Assembly: GCA_964106645.2 (NCBI GenBank)
Contig: OZ067041.1
Strand: one strand, 5' to 3'
DNA length: 64,000 bases
From: Podarcis pityusensis
Taxonomy: Eukaryota
The notes beneath the pieces are model-generated. The model was not told where the DNA came from. It was given only the letters and a program-made list of their open reading frames with translations, and made no database searches. Position numbers and translations under genes: made by a program. Shown here one piece after another: positions 13,524 to 28,410 of the stretch (position 1 is the stretch's first letter; each line of letters starts with the position of its first letter).

Positions 13524-15714
13524 TAGATATAAAGCCAGAAACTACAGAGGAAAAATAAATAAATGCATTTTAGAATGAAATGTTCTTAAAAGCACAGTGT
13601 AAATGTGTGTTTGCTCTTTATGGTGGTTCTCTAAGCTGTCAGTATAAACTATATTGAATGTGTAGTATTAAATATGGCACCATAAACACACCAAACTATC
13701 AGGAAATAAAAAACTGCTAACAAATTGTGTAATAAATCTGCAGTATTAATTTTTAGTCATGAGACTATTGCTTCTATAACTTACACTGTGATCCCATACA
13801 AGTCTTCTCACTCAGTTCTTACTGCTGGGTAAGTCTTACTTGCAGGTACATTGGCATAGGACTGCAGCCTTAATGTTAATATTATGCCTTTGTGCATATG
13901 TAAAGGGTGTGTGTGGAATGATTTTATCTCTCCGTGGCTTATCACAGTCATTATTTTCTTTCGTGAAACAGGCATTTGCAAATATTCCTCACTGTAATTT
14001 TTTTCTGAAGCCCTAAATTTGTCTTTAATCTACTTTTGAGCTAGTTTGTCAGATTTTCTTTTAAGATAAAAAAATAAGCCAGATTGACTCAATGTACATG
14101 TTTTGAAAGTTTCTATGCCTATGTAGCATTTCTGAGCAGCTGTTTGTTGAGTTGCTGTGGGTGAAGACTTATTTTAACCTGTCCATAGTGCACTTCCTTA
14201 TATATTTGCTTTTTTCTCTAGTACCATAATGTGTATTGTAGGATCCCTCACTATGGTATTTTTTGTTCTTTGTTAAAAGTAGATATAAATCTTGAAGCTA
14301 CTCTATTTTCTCTGCTTTAACTCGTCCTTTTCTATTTTTCTATTTTCTTTTTAAAATCTAACTTGGCTCCCTGTTGCTTTTAAGCTAAGTAACAATGCAC
14401 CAGGCAGAATTTTATCTGAAACATTCTATAGTGAAGATAACTGTTTTTCTTCATAGCACTGCCTATTTTTTAATTGCAAACACTTCAGAGGATGGCTGAG
14501 AGAAAGTTCCTTTGTTGGTGCCTTTTTGAACCTATGCAGTTCCGTTGATCCTTTCTCTAAACCAAGTGTGTCTTTCTAGCCACATGCCAAAATCTTCAAA
14601 TAGTGTTTATCATCAAATAATGTCATGGGGGGGGGGAATTATGGCTGCAATTCCCCCCCCCACACACACACACAATTTCCCCAGAGTACCAATGCATGAT
14701 CCACCAGAGGGGAACGGGGGGGGGGGGGGAGCAACTGCTAAAAGGAACGCCTGCAGGTACAGTACTCTTTTAACTTCAGCCCCCAAATTGCCAAAATATT
14801 TGCTGCCTGTTAACCGTGAAGTGAAAATTGGCATGGTTTAGCCAAGACATTGTTTATGTATCAAGCATGACCGTCTTATCCATAGGCACTAGGGGTGTGG
14901 GGCACCCGGGTGCCGGGCTCTCAGGGGCACCAGGCTGAGAGTCCGGGGCCCAAGAGTTGAGTCCGGGGAAGAGCCTGCCCGTCGGTCAGGGTGTTGCGAT
15001 GGGCTCTTTTGCTACTCCTGTGAGTTTGGGAGCGACCAAGCCAGCGAGGCGCTGAGGCAGTTGGCTGGCTCCGCCAACCTGTGTACCTGAGACTGGGCAA
15101 CCCGGGGGGGGGGAGCACCAGACGGATCTTTGCACCTGGGATCAAGGGCTAATTTTTATTCTTCTAGATTCCAGAAAACATATATAGGGTGATATTCAGT
15201 TGTGTTGTCCCACTTCTGCTTGTGCAAACAAGACTTACCCTTTGTTTCCCTTTACCCAGACCCTCACATGCTCCAGAGGGTTGGGAGGCCCTCTGAAGTA
15301 GATTCCCAGCATGTGGGAGGCTACATTGGGGAGCCAGCATCTGCTTACTCAGAGCTGGATCTCACCCTTTTGTTTGCTTTCCTTTTTTAAAAAAAGGCAG
15401 TAAAAGATCTAATTAGATCAAATTTTGTTTTGTATATTAATTTTGAGGTTAGGGTGTACCTCATACAATTATCCATAAATACGTTGTATATCTTGGTACC
15501 ACTGATCACACGGGAATGCTTTGCACAGGCATGTACTTAACTTCATTTATCTACACTTAATTACTGGCAGCTAATTGTGCAGAAAGCATTGTGTTTGAGG
15601 CAATACGTATTGTGATGGCAGATACGTACATCGCAGAAATTTGAGGGAAAGCGGCATGTCTTGAATGCAGCTACCTTCCCTTGTACAACCATCAGACTGT
15701 TTCTGTCTTGCGTT

Positions 15715-16246
15715 GTTGTTGTTGTTTAGTTGTTTAGTCCTGTCCGACTCTTCGTGACCCCATGGACCAGAGCACGCCAGGCACTCCTGTCTCCCACTGC
15801 CTCCCGCAGTTTGGTCAAACTCATGCTGGTAGCTTCAAGAACACTGTCCAACCATCTCGTCCTCTGTCGTCCCCTTCTCCTTGTGCCCTCAATCTTTCCC
15901 AACATCAGAGTCTTTTCTAGGGAGTCTTCTCTTCTCATGAGGTGGCCAAAGTATTAGAGCCTCAGCTCCAGGATCTGTCCTTCCAGTGAGCACTCAGGGC
16001 TGATTTCCTTAAGAATGGATAGGTTTGATCTTCTTGCAGTCCATGGGACTCTCAAGAGTCTCCTCCAGCACCATAAATCAAAAGCATCAATTCTTCGGCG
16101 ATCAGCCTTCTTTATGAACCAGCTCTCATTTCCATACATCACTACTGGGAAAACCATAGCTTTAACTATATGGACCTTTGTCGGCAAGGTGATGTCTCTG
16201 CTTTTTAAGAAGCTTTCTAGATTTGTCATTTCTTTTCTCCCAATAA
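15715..16246 (-). mobile_element. BovB (RTE) LINE, 5'-truncated 3' fragment
   Basis: Translates to LKSRDITLPTKVHIVKAMVFPVVMYG...WCWRRLLRVPWTARRSNLSILKEISPECSLEG and SLEKTLMLGKIEG...WRALVHGVTKSRT; (CAA)n tail; TSD GTCTTG(C/G)GTT at 15705-15714 and 16247-16256. Confidence 0.93.
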
Positions 16247-18504
16247 GTCTTGGGTTACTGTCACCCAAATCTAACTCCTCCTCCCCTGTGGCTTGGCTTG
16301 GCCTGAAGCAGGTTGAGCGGCAACCTGGTCCAAACCTTTAAATTCCTGTCAACAGGCTTTAAGGGGCTCCCTGCCCCCACCCTCATCTCATGGGACATCT
16401 GGATCCAGTGCCACCAGTAGATACTTTCTAGTAAATATAGCAGTACTGCTCCTAGCCACTCTGCAAGCCATTTGGTAGCTACAATAACTGCAACTGCAGC
16501 CTCTGTGCCACTGCCTTCAGAATTTCTCACCAAGTCAGTCATCCTACTGAAGCCCAGATACCAAGTGGAGGTCATTCAAGTTTGGACCCTGGACATGAGC
16601 TAAACTGAACCAAACAACTAAGTAACTTGAGACTTAGGCTCATGTGGATTTTAGTCCTGTCCCTCTCTATAATAGCAGGATATTTGTAAGGGTACCTTTT
16701 CACTATTTTGAAGGGACCATTTTGCTTCTTTTGTAACAACCTTGAATTTTAGGGCCAGTCTATATATTACATTATCTTGGGTCAGGAATCCTGCAGCCCC
16801 TACACTGCAGCTGTAATGTGCAACATGACTTGCCAGTCACTAGGGGAATTTCAGCACCAGCATTTGGATGTTTCAGAAGCATGTAAATTCTCCACAAAGT
16901 CCCAAGTTTCTCATGGAAAGGTGAGGCCTTGTGCAGGAGTCTTCAGTGATAGAGAATAGTTAAGTAAGTAGACTGCTGCTTACAGCTTGGTGGCTTTCTA
17001 ATAGTATATAGTATTTCCACTTAGTTGCCTAATATAACTTAAAGAGATCATTTTAGGGTAAAACAAAGTGTTCTGTTCACCATTAACTAATTTTTTGCAG
17101 TCTCTCTTGAACTAGAATTTGGGGATTTCAGTTTAATGAGTCTGGATATTTCAGCTTATCATACTAGGCTAGTCTATCAATTTGAGTAAAGCTTTTATTA
17201 TTACATTACATTTTTAAATTAAAGATGGCAGATTTGATCTGCCATTTATGGATCAACTATTTCAAGCTTATTGAATTTAAGTAATAAAGCATTCATAGCT
17301 AAATAAATTACCATTTGCTTGGGTATAAAGAGCCATGAAGGATATATTGCCCTATCCAAACTTACTGTGAGAAATTAATTGATTCAAAATGGCTGCAGTA
17401 TTGTATATTTTAATTTAATTTGCTGCTACCATTTTACTGCAAACAGGCGATAACCAAAATGTAAATGGGATGCAATAGTCTGGTAACAGGGAGCATATTT
17501 TTGTTACATTTTGCAATTATTGATCAGACATAAAAAATAGGACATATACCTTGACATTGACATAAAACATTCACAACATCTAAAAGGCTTATAGGTCATC
17601 TTGGTGTGAATTTTATTTTATTTTATTTTTTTTGGATCTAGTATTGATGGTAATAGTTGGGGGGAGACTGTATTTGGGCTGTAATATTTAATTACAATTG
17701 CTTGTTAGTCTACTAAAATCAGTGGCATGTTTCATGTGTTAGCACTGCAGTCCCACTGCTGCATAAAGAGCATTTTTCATTGTGAACTGCATATTGTACT
17801 GGGCACAAATTCGTTTCTAGATCATGTGGGACACCCAGAACATGGGGATATTTTCCAGTACTAAATCTCCATCAGGGTCATTGAAACCGGTATGGAAAGC
17901 CGAAACATTATCCAGGCATCCCATTAATCTCTGCATTCAAGTGTGACTAACCCCAGGGGAGGTTCTTTCAGCACCCACTCTGTATCATCACCAGCATCAT
18001 TTTTGCAAAATACAACATTGCACAAACAGACCAGCTCACATACAGTAATGGATTTCACCTTCCTCTGTTCCTACCTGCAGTCTCCCATTGCCACAAACAT
18101 ATGCTCCAGGGGCTCCACCAAGTCCCCTTTGGCAAACTTTCAAGTGGGGCAAAAAGGGGGGGGGAGAGAGAAAAGGGAAATTGTTTTTTTTGTGGAGGGG
18201 TGGAATAAGTTAAATTTATTACTTTTGAGGGGGAGGGTGGAAACCCAGTAGCTCCTTTTTGCATAGGGAAGCTCAGCTGTGTGCATTACACACTGCATAG
18301 GTTTTCTGGATAGGAAAAACATGTTAAATCATAAAATATTTCATATATGCTGTGGCGGACCTTGGTGTCTCAAATGTCAGTAACACCCTATGCAACCAAA
18401 TCCAGCACCCCTTGCCTCTCGCCTTCCATTGGATATGATAGTTGTGCTCCCCCTCCCCCCAAAGCTCTACACCTAGTGTGACCACACTGGTTGTGCTCGC
18501 CTAT

Positions 18505-19215
18505 GTGTCCTGGATACGTCCAAGGTCAGGCCACTGGCACCAGCTGGATTTGATTGTCACTAGGCAATCGGTACTGAAGTGTGTTCGTGTCACATGGTGC
18601 TAACACAGTGCCAAATGCAACACAGATCACTCCCTGGTACTGAACAAGATCCTTCTCCAGCCAAAGAGGACCCATAGCACAAAGCAGCAAGTGCCGCTTT
18701 GAATCAACACTGCCAGAACAGTCATAGCTGAACTCTTGATTCTGTCCAACATGCACTACAGAGACAGCATTGAAGCAAGGTGGAACTTCATCAAAGAGGA
18801 AACCAACAACACGGTTACATCCTCTTTTGGAAAAAGAGGGCACAGATATCCGACAGTTTGAGGCTGGCATTAAGGACATGGAGCCAGTTATCACTGTAAA
18901 GCAAAAGGCACTTGTGAACTACAAGTGTGCACCCTGTCAGAAGATGCTTACTGCACTGAGAAAGGCAAGGAGAGATGCCCTTGTCAGGCAATATGCTAAT
19001 GACTACTGGCTAAAGCTGTGTCAGAGCATTCAGCTTGCTGCTGACAGCAGCAACACTCGCAAAGTCCAAAGGCATGAAGGCAGCTTTTAGACCAATAGTC
19101 AAGAAAACTGTACTGCTGAAAACCTTGTCTGGAGAGATCATCACAGACTGCAACAAGCAGTTGAAGCAATGGGCAGAGCACTAGCAAGAACTGTACTCGT
19201 GGGAAACCATCAGAG
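18505..19215 (+). mobile_element. Degraded RTE-clade LINE internal fragment (end of endonuclease and linker)
   Basis: VSWIRPRSGHWHQLDLIVTR...CNTDHSLV (APE C-terminal motifs) and YANDYWLKLCQSIQLAAD...GEIITD...QWAEH, with frameshifts and stops. Confidence 0.7.
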
Positions 19216-20368
19216 CAGAGGCTACTCTGACTGCAAGGATAGGGAAGAGGTGTTGCCCATTATTGACCCCAGAGAGGGGCCCAGTGGGAGCTGGCCAGTG
19301 ATGTCAGAGTAGTGATTCCAATGAGTCATTAAAGGTGGAGAGTCCTGGGAAGAGACCAACCCCATCCCGCTGGGCACCACTCCAGGGTCATCCATGGGCA
19401 ACACCTTTCTCCCGATCTGACCTGCATCATCATGGCATCACCTTGGGGCCCATGACAAACAGCTGATTAATGCTGTCCAAGTTGGCACTACTGATCATCA
19501 GTTTTGTTTGAGAACTGGCTTTGTGAGCACATGTGTGTGTAATTGAAGTAGTATTTTTTTCCTGTATTATAACTTGGATTACACAGGATCTCTTTGGGGG
19601 CTTAAAATTCGCAAAGTGATGTGAATAGATTTGGAGGAGCATAAATTTGAATGGCAAGTTTTAAAAGTACTCTGCAATCTTGACTACTTCAATCAGAAAC
19701 CATAATTTGTGTATTATTGTAATGAAACAGAATCTTCTGTGTTAAAGAACAGGACCTATTTATACAATCAGCAGAATCAGGTGGTAAAGCTTTTCACAGA
19801 TTGCAAGACTTCAGGTTGCTGATGGGAGAACGCTCCCCAAAAAACTTCTTCAACAGTGATGAGAAGCACATGAAGAAAGAATCAGTACAGTCTTCTCCTT
19901 GAGTTTTTTATGAGGGATATACAGCCTGAAGTGATACAGTCCAGTTGATTATCATGTGATTCTACTAATCATGTTACTTCATTCTGCGTTTGACAAAATG
20001 CAAGTTACACATTTTTGTTCATTCTTATCCTGGAGACATATTTTAAAATATAGTTTCACTTTACCATTTGATAAGCTAAAATACCATTTTAGAAAAAAAT
20101 GTGAAAATATTGCAGCAACCTTAAAATAGTTAAGTTTATTTTGCTTTTTTTGTTTGAGCCCAAGTACTGATTTGTCTCCACTGCCATTCCAAATAACAAC
20201 TCCCATTTCATTACTGTGATTTAAATTACCCAGAGACCTGAACGATTCTCTGCATCATTTTTAATGCTAAAGTTAAACATGTTCCATCTATATTTATGCA
20301 TACTTTGGATTTGCATTTTTATAAGCAACTTCTATTCTACTGGAAAGTGGATCAAGACACTGCGTGTA

Positions 20369-20370
<2 letters not shown>

Positions 20371-20402
<32 letters not shown>
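20371..20402. repeat. (GT)n microsatellite
   Basis: 16 GT units. Confidence 0.95.
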
Positions 20403-20406
<4 letters not shown>

Positions 20407-23400
20407 GTAAAGTCTTGCAATGGAAGCTCCTGTTGAACAATAAGCAAGGGAAGTTCCAAAAATGTTTTATTTTATTTCCTCTGAGTTAACCTTCTACTCG
20501 ACCTTCAGAGATGATTCTCATGGAGTTAAAAACAAAACTTTATTACCCGTGCCCAATAGACTAAAGGTTGTTTTGATTTTTTTTTCCCCTTCTATTTTCA
20601 TACCATGCTAATGATTTTCACCTCAGTGAATTTTAATTAAGGAAAAATAACTAGCTAGCTTGATAGCTCATCATACTGATGTGTGACCATGTGAAGTCTA
20701 CTTGTGAATATATACTGGTAATGTAGATAGGAATTTGGCCACTGCAAAGACAGAAGGAAGCTATTTTTGCTGCAAGGGGAAAAATAGCCTATCCACATTC
20801 CTTCAATTAAAATACCATTCAGTATTAATGGCCCCAGTGAGAAAAGTTAATGTTAAGTTTAGGCAATCAGTTCAAGTTATTGGTTGTGGAAGAGTGGGCA
20901 TGTGAGGAGCACGAGCAATGGCTATACATCCTTATGGAGAATGCATAGGTATGATCTGTATTTGAGAATGTGCAGCCTGGATCTAATCCACAATTAAAGA
21001 CATGAGAGAGCAGTTTCTGAAATAATTTATATGATGGAATCTGGAAACTGTAGTACTAGAAGCCTTAGCAGCTCATTGAACAAATTTGCCCAGTTTCATG
21101 CACAGCTATTTTGAAATGCAATTAAGTGTTATTCTTTTATAATATGAATACCTGTAGTTATTGCACAAAAATGTAGAGCACTCTCAAAAATGTGTTTTAA
21201 AAATTATTTAAAATATATGAATGTCTAAAGTTACCAATGTGCAAAAGAGAACTAATTGACCAATTGCTGTGGTTTTTATCAAATATCTGTTGTAGTTGTA
21301 TCTGTTTTAATTTATGCTGTGAGAAGACTTGGGTCCTGTACTGGGACAAAGCGAGATAAATAAATAAATTCTATATTACTTGGAGATGGCTCAAAATGAG
21401 AAGGAGCAGTTCATTATTATTTCATTGACCTAAAAATTCCCTATCTGGGTCCATCTTTCTTCCCTTGGGGTTGCCGAAATAAATTCATGTCACTGTAGAA
21501 TCAGAGCTGACAAAAATGACCTCATTGGAAAATGCCCTTGCCACTCAAAGGAGGGGGCACAAAAGGTTAACACATTGCACAGTTGGCCAGGTTATATCCA
21601 TTTTCTAGCCAGACCACAAATGCATGTTTGCACCATTGGCTGGCTCCAAATCCCTCTCTCTCTCACTCTCCTTTTAAAAAATAGAAGTCTTGGACATCAT
21701 AGAATCAGAGATACAAATCAAAATTAGCAAGCATTGTCACCACATGCAGTTGTTTCTCAGTCTGCCCCTGTTTACCTTGAATAATACTGGAAAATAAACT
21801 GCAACTTGTACTCTCCTGTAGTGGAAAGCAGCTGTCTGAGAACCCAGATTGACTTTATTCTGTGTTAAGTGGCATTTTCCTATTTGTTTGGTAGTGCCTA
21901 GGTAACCAACAAAACCAGCTTTCACATTATTTTGAGCCTTTTTAACTCTCCTGCAGACAGAAACAGCTGTAGTCAGAACACAAGGATCTTTCATTGTGTC
22001 ACCAAGTGGCTTTTTCCTGTTTTGCTTGCAAGTGCCTACGCAACCAACCAAAGCTGGCTTCCTCATTATGCTGAATCCTTTCTCAAGCTGTCATTCCATT
22101 CCCTATGTACTCCCTGTTCCCCAAGCAAACCACAGACTAATCTGTGAGATATGACTGATAAACTCTCTGAAATATTTCTCCTCAAAATACTTGCTTAGTA
22201 TCACACTTTTGTGACTCAGCATCTCCAATAGGTGGCCTTTGATGAGACCCACATATTCCAGGGCACAAAGGATATGAAATTTCATGATAGTCAAAACTAT
22301 AAAATTATAATGCCTTATGAATCAGCCCTTACTGCTGCAAATAATTGTGGCCAATGTAACATGGGAGAAGAATGTGCACAGAGAAAAAGATGGAAATGTT
22401 CAGGTGTAGGAATATCTATTCCCCTATTTTAATTGTTTGTGGGAGTTGTCATTGACATCTTCAATATTAAGTTTTCATAATTTGCAGTTGTGGTTTCTCT
22501 TGCTTGTTTTTTTTTAATTTGCACTGTAATAAGCACTGCCTACACAAAATAAAATCTGACTGGTTGATATCTTCTATGAGTATCGTTTCTGCTAGGCATT
22601 GTTCATACAGGATGAGACCACTGTTGTGAGTTGATTGTTTCACAGATTAGTTCAACTCATAATGTATGAATGGACCCCCTGAGGATTCATGTTTTGTTGC
22701 AAATATTTCTGAGTCATTAGCTTACAGAAGACCTGTGACAGGATGAGATCACATATAAACAGAACATAGAATAAAAATGCTGCAGACAGCAAGAGAAAGA
22801 AAAAACAGAGGCCTGAATACTTGAAAGAGTTGCTGTCAGAAAGTATATCACAAGATGTTTGAAGAGATTTTAAGAGGTTGATCAACAGAGTCTAAAGAAG
22901 AAAAAAGATGAGAATTTGACATGGGCAGGAAGAACTTTAATTAAAACCTTGGAGCATTTGTGTTATACTGAAAATGTCAGTCACATAGAAATAAATTTGG
23001 GGTAATATGTGACAGCAAGGAGAAGCTGAAGGTCACTATTTCTAGTCTGTGTTTTAAGATCTGCAGTATAATCTCTGGTGCTTTATAATACAGTGATATA
23101 TTTATTTCATTTGTGTTTTGCTTTGCATACAGAGAGCTCAATGGTCTCATTTGTAGGAACTAGCCAGTTGCTTCAATCTACTTAACTTCAATGTTTCACT
23201 GAATATTTTTTCTCTTGATAAGAGAGAGTCATATGTAGCCAAAGATTTACTTTCAATAGTTTTATGTGCCCAAGAGTTTGTTTCTTAGCCCAACCTTTCA
23301 TAACTTTGTCAGTTTCTCCATAAGTAAAATTATACTTTGATTTATGAGAATGTTCCCTTCAATTCTTGTTCTGTGCTTCAATGCATTTTTTCCCATTCTG

Positions 23401-23469
23401 CTTACTGCTGCTTCTTCCTGAAATATTTAGATGGTAAATTCAACTAATTGTGGCCCACATAACATAGTG

Positions 23470-23520
23470 GTATGTATGTATGTATGTATGTATGTATGTA
23501 TGCATGCATGCTTGCATGCA
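23470..23520. repeat. (GTAT)n/(GCAT)n compound microsatellite
   Basis: Direct reading. Confidence 0.9.
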
Positions 23521-23562
23521 TGCTATGTAGGTAATCGTGGATATAGCAATCTTTTTTCTGTA

Positions 23563-23767
23563 CAGTCATACCTCGGGTTACAGATGCTTCAGGTTGCCTT
23601 TTTTCGGGTTGCAGACTGCCGAAACCCGGAAGTACCGGAACAGGTTACTTCCGGGTTTTGGCGTTCGCACATGCGCAGAAGCGCAACCTGCGCATACGCA
23701 GACATGCTGCTGCAGGTTGCGAGCGTGCATCCCACACGGATCATGTTCGCAATCCAAGCGTTCACTG
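23563..23767. mobile_element. Related Tc1/mariner MITE
   Basis: TA|CAGTCATACCTCGGGTTACAGATGCTTCAGG start shared with the 7618 family; ends CACTG|TA; internal palindrome AACCCGGAAGTA...TACTTCCGGGTT. Confidence 0.7.
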
Positions 23768-24574
23768 TACAGTGACCCTGGCAACAGCACTACACCATTT
23801 CACTGTGTCCTTTCCTGGACAGTAGTGGATGGGTTTCAAGGCATGTAGGAGCCAAGCTGGTGCTGAGCACACAGCTTAGCTTTGTAAACTTAAAAAAAGA
23901 AAAAGAGAAAATATTAAGCCATCTTATAAATAAGTAATACATACACCTCCCAAATAATTTTCTTCCCCATTCCTCAAATGTCACCTGACTTCTGCTGTAT
24001 TCAAAAGACAAGGATATTTTTTTCCTATGTGAATAGGGCCCAGAGTTTAATTTGATGGAACATTTTCAGTCATTTATATGAACACAATGTACTATTACTA
24101 AATGCTTCAGTTCTCACATATATTGGAAGTGCATAGTATATCACTTTAGTTACAAACTAGATGATAACAGAATGATTCTTTACGTGGACTTTTAAATCAA
24201 AAACATAATAAGGCATTTATTTTTTAAAAAATCCAATTGCAGTGAAAAGCACACCATAACTTCCCTTTCACAAATGATGCTGTGACAAAATTGGTCTTAT
24301 CACAATCATTTATAATTAAGATGAAAGCAAATCCTTATCAAAATAAAGATGTAAGGACATTTTATGCTGCCCTGTGTAAAGATTGGTATTGTTGTGGAAT
24401 TATTCTTTTGTACAATTCTGAGTCAGCTTCCAGGCTACACATTTTAAATGATGCTTATGCAAATAGTCAACATCAACACATTTTTTTTTTTTAAATGTTG
24501 TATAAGACCTCTTTCTCGCTACCTTGTAATGTTTACATTCCTTATAGTATACTGTTGGAATTAAATGAGACCTT

Positions 24575-24755
24575 TGTGGTGTGGTGTAGCAGTTAAGAGA
24601 CTGATCTATGAATCAAAAGTATCTGATTTGACTCTCAGCTCTACCTTAACTCATTAGGTGAGTGAACCTACAAAGTTGTTGTAAGTCTTAGAAGTCATAT
24701 GCATGGGAAGTGCTTTGAACACCAAAAAACTCTGTACAAATGTTAAGCATTATTA
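24575..24755 (+). mobile_element. Old MIR/core-type SINE relic
   Basis: TGGTGTAGCAGTTAAGAG head and AAAGTTGTTGTAAG...AAGTGCTTTGAAC...TACAAATGTTAAGCATTATT tail; highly diverged. Confidence 0.5.
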
Positions 24756-27700
24756 ATGATTGTATGGTAGTAGTATTAGTAATATTGTTGGCGAAGCCCA
24801 TCAGGAAGAAGAGCTAAGGTTTTAACTCTATTGTTTTGTGTAGATTTCAAATCCGGTGTCCACTCTGGGGCATTTTACAAGCTGAGAATCTCACTACTGT
24901 TCAAATTGAATATGAGTCACAGATTTTTAATAAGATGTAGGGATTACATTTCAGAATATTTTATCATGCAGACAAACTATCCCCAGAGCTTAAAAAAGAA
25001 ATACTAGCAATACAAAAGGAAGAACCCTGAGTGTAGAAATGCCTGTTCAAGCACATTTGGCTACAAGGCTATAAAATGTCATTGCTAAAGAATGTCACTA
25101 ATATAAACTTTTATTTTAAATCTTTAAAACTGGAAAGTGCAAACTGAAGAAAAAGTCTTCAGTTTCATGCAATCCCTCTTTAAAGAGGCAGTCAAAATTA
25201 ATGTGGTAAATATATTGTATTCATATTTATTTTAAGAAAATCATGAAGATATAAATTATTAGGATTATCATAGTTTTGGGATTATAAACTGTTCTAACGT
25301 TGAGAAGATTTATTGTGAAGATTTGGGTTCTTCAGTATAGCCAACATAAGCTATAAAATCAGTTCTCCAAATACCCATTCAGCATTTTGCTTTTCTTCAA
25401 TACAGTCTTGCCCTCATTTATGTATTTTGTACAGTCTTCATAATTTCATGGTATTTTAAAATGCTTCATTGGTTGCAAGATACTGACCTTAATATAGCAA
25501 TATTTACAGTGCAGTAAATATTCAGCACTCATTCATATGTGCAGCAATCCATATATGTGGTTTCTTGAAACTATGTAAACAAAGCTACACATCATACCCT
25601 AATAGTGGCTCCATGGATCTCTTGTTCATGGATTTGTACTGGTATGACTAAAACTGCCCAAAATATATGGAACACCTTTCATACCCATAAGGATGGCATT
25701 TACTCAGTTTTGACCTTACCCTCTGAATTTTTTCTACTTCTTGTCTTGACCCTGATGAGAAGCGAGGTTGTTTTTCCCCAGTTCCATTAAAAATATGAAG
25801 ATTTTTCACAAATTGTATTTATTATCATACGTATAAAATTAAGCACATATTATACAAATATATTCATATACATCAGGTTCCCTAAATTTACCAGCATATA
25901 AACAGTTCCATACAATGCATACTACTTGATAAAAATATATGTAAATTAATGCTTATATGCTCTAGGAATATAGTCTCACATAGAGCTTGACTTTTATTCA
26001 TATACAATAGACTTACTTTTTGTATATAATTTTGCATATGGGCTTTTTAAAAAGACAATTATCCCTGACAGTGCACAAGCAGCTCAGGCATAAGCAGGTA
26101 AGAGAGCGAATCAATCGATAGTGTATACTTAAAAAATGCACACTGCCTCTCAGTTTCCTTTAATTGTCAAAGAAAACAAATTCCACAGCCTGTCAAGCTA
26201 TTTTGTTCCATTGCTGAACCACTCAAGGTTAGAAAAATCTTTGCAATGCATTTCATTCAAACCCAGGAAACAGCAGTTGATATAAACATAGAGGAGGTGT
26301 TAATAAATTGAGCATTTCACTCAAAATGTTTCTTCTTGTTGTGATTCTTTCTCTCTACCAACACACTTAAATTCATAAAAATTTCATGCTCTATTTAAGT
26401 GAAGGACAAAATAGTGCTGACTTCAGCTAAGTTTATATACAAAGTTTCCCATGCAGGCCAATAAATGTCAGTTCTGATGTTTCAGCAGAAGTTTCATATC
26501 ATGTTTAAATAATAGTTCTCTAACACAGCCTTTGGGATGTTCCCCCCATGCAAAAATACACTCAAAGTAAAATCACTAGCATATGCTTCATCAGAATTCT
26601 GCATGTGTTAATAATATCATAGTACTTCTGTCTTCCAACTGTGGATCTGACAGTGAAAAATTCAGTACAGCAATTCAGATTTGTTTATGCAGAGGTTTCA
26701 CTATAGTAGTTCAAAACAGGAGTTTAGAAATGTGCGGAAGATTTGCTGTGGGTTTAGAGTACAAATGAACTCTGTACTTAGCAGATGGGCAAGTCTTATA
26801 CTTGGCTACACTCCATATGGAGTGTTTATCCTATGCTATCCTATGAGAATAAAATGGGAATGGGGAACAACTGTGCATTGCACTGAACTCCATGGAGTAG
26901 TTAATTAACAGAAGAATTCTAGAAATTATTTCAAAAGTTGCTTATTTACATTTAAATTACCATATGCAAATTTTATCCATAATTTTTCTCTTTTTCAATT
27001 ATGCATATGCTATTCATTATGTGATGTGTAAGTGGGCACAACAGATCTAAGAGTGGTTTGGTGATGAACCCTCTGCCTTTTTGGTGGCCTTCGCCCACTT
27101 ACCTCTCTGGACTAATGTCCCATTTTAAACAAGTTGCCAGCCAAATGTGTTATAGAGGTTGTCAAACCATCATTAGTTTGGTTTGGAGACAGTGGCTAGA
27201 TACTAACTTACATTAAAATAAATTAGTTATCCATCATTTATAGATACCCTTTGCATTTTTTTACTGTTTGCCTTGAATGCAATAGAGATTATCCATATTT
27301 GATAGCCCTCACCACCATTTTATCCTTTAAATTAGTCATTATTTAAATTCGGAATCCTTTCTTTCCTCATGAAGAATGGAGATTTGCACTATTAACTAAA
27401 TGCCTAGTAGCAGAATTCAAAGCTCTAATTTCCGAAGTTCAAACCAGGATATTGGTTCAAAGTGAATATTTAAATAGTTTTCATGGAAACTATCCCATTA
27501 GGAGGATGACAGTTCAACCATTTTTCTTTTTGGTGAGAAAGAAGCACATTGTAACTTTTGGCTTTAAAAGTAATTCCCTGCAGCAAGACAATTCCATGCT
27601 TAAGCTGTTCAAATTCAAATTATTACAGTCATTGTGTTCTACTTTACTTTTCTACTTCCTTTTAAAAAGAAGAAAAATATTTTAAATCAAACTTTTTTGG

Positions 27701-28287
27701 AGTAACTACATAGCTGTCACAAATTGTAATCGCATTTCTCATTGAGGCTATAATCCTAAACATCATTTCTGGGTAGTCTATTGAAGTCAGTGGAATTTGT
27801 ATCCAAATAAGCAATCTGTCTACTATCTGATTAAACTTAGAGCAATTCTTTTTACTTTAAACAAGTCCACAGTAAAGGATGGGAAATCGTAGCCTTAGTC
27901 TGAAAAAAATTCACAATAATTGCTGCATAGATCCTTGGGTTCAGAACTGTCATTGCCATACTGGATGAGTCAGGTGCAGCCAACACCATTTTTAGCATTT
28001 TGGCATATCAGATACATAGGCTTGTGATGGCTCTAATACATATAATGTAGCGATTTGGTGGTTCTCTGCTCCTCACATGCCTGCTCCTATATCTGTTTTT
28101 GTGATGGATGGCTTCATATGATAGAACATGCACACATTCGCAAGCACCCATGCCAAAATAAACTTGGTTGTGTCAGTACTGCTTGTTGCATGCCACCCCA
28201 ATCTCTGAATGGTGTGAGGCTCCAGGCCTTACCCAAGATTTGTGTTTCCTTTTACAAATGAGGCACAGTGGAGACTGTGATGCCTTT

Positions 28288-28410
28288 ATTATTGTTGTTA
28301 TTTAGTCATTTAGTTGTGTCTGACTCTTCGTGACCCCATGGACCAGAGCACGCCAGGCACTCCTGTCTTCCACTGCCTCCCGCAGTTTGGTCAAACTCAT
28401 GCTGGTAGCT
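28288..28410 (-). mobile_element. BovB LINE, short 3'-terminal fragment
   Basis: Near-identical to 15715-15835 (ATSMSLTKLREAVEDRSAWRALVHGVTKS). Confidence 0.88.
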
